Source: Myxococcota bacterium (GTDB lineage Bacteria > Myxococcota > JACRCW01). Taken from it: a stretch of 25,735 bases of DNA. Below are positions 25,735 through 25,735 of this stretch, piece by piece. The stretch's first letter is position 1. The number at the start of each line of letters is the position of its first letter. Where the stretch lies: positions 1-25,735 of the forward strand of contig JBFMGU010000155.1 in assembly GCA_040752415.1 (NCBI GenBank). Reading direction: 5' to 3'. The translations under genes and the position numbers were made by a program. The notes beneath the pieces were generated by a model. That model was not told the DNA's origin and did no database searches. It worked only from the letters and a program-made list of their open reading frames with translations.

Positions 25735-25735
25735 G

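Overview
A GC-rich bacterial chromosomal segment, most likely Myxococcota (myxococcal Cys-rich repeat lipoprotein, many lipoproteins, typical codon usage). It holds about 24 genes: housekeeping enzymes (nadA, thiD, a tRNA adenine-N6 methyltransferase, kptA), a divergent TetR/cytochrome P450 pair with three palindromic operators, a zinc-ribbon-flanked M48 peptidase, a cytokinin-dehydrogenase-like flavoprotein, a TylF-type O-methyltransferase, a GT-B-like protein and several secreted or membrane proteins. I found no rRNA, tRNA, CRISPR array, transposase or integrase. The most notable observations: (1) a surface lipoprotein whose Cys-rich stalk ends in a domain resembling the T-even phage tail-fibre adhesin gp38 (polyglycine sandwich); (2) an Ala-rich effector/translocator-like protein encoded directly upstream of a trigger-factor paralog lacking the ribosome-binding domain, with a sigma28-like promoter; (3) a 217-bp non-coding foldback with internal REP-like palindromes; (4) a candidate polymorphic-toxin domain protein at the right edge; (5) tandem NrtR-like operators over the kptA promoter; (6) a decayed second TylF copy hidden upstream of the adhesin gene. 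All family assignments come from motif recognition by eye, not database searches.
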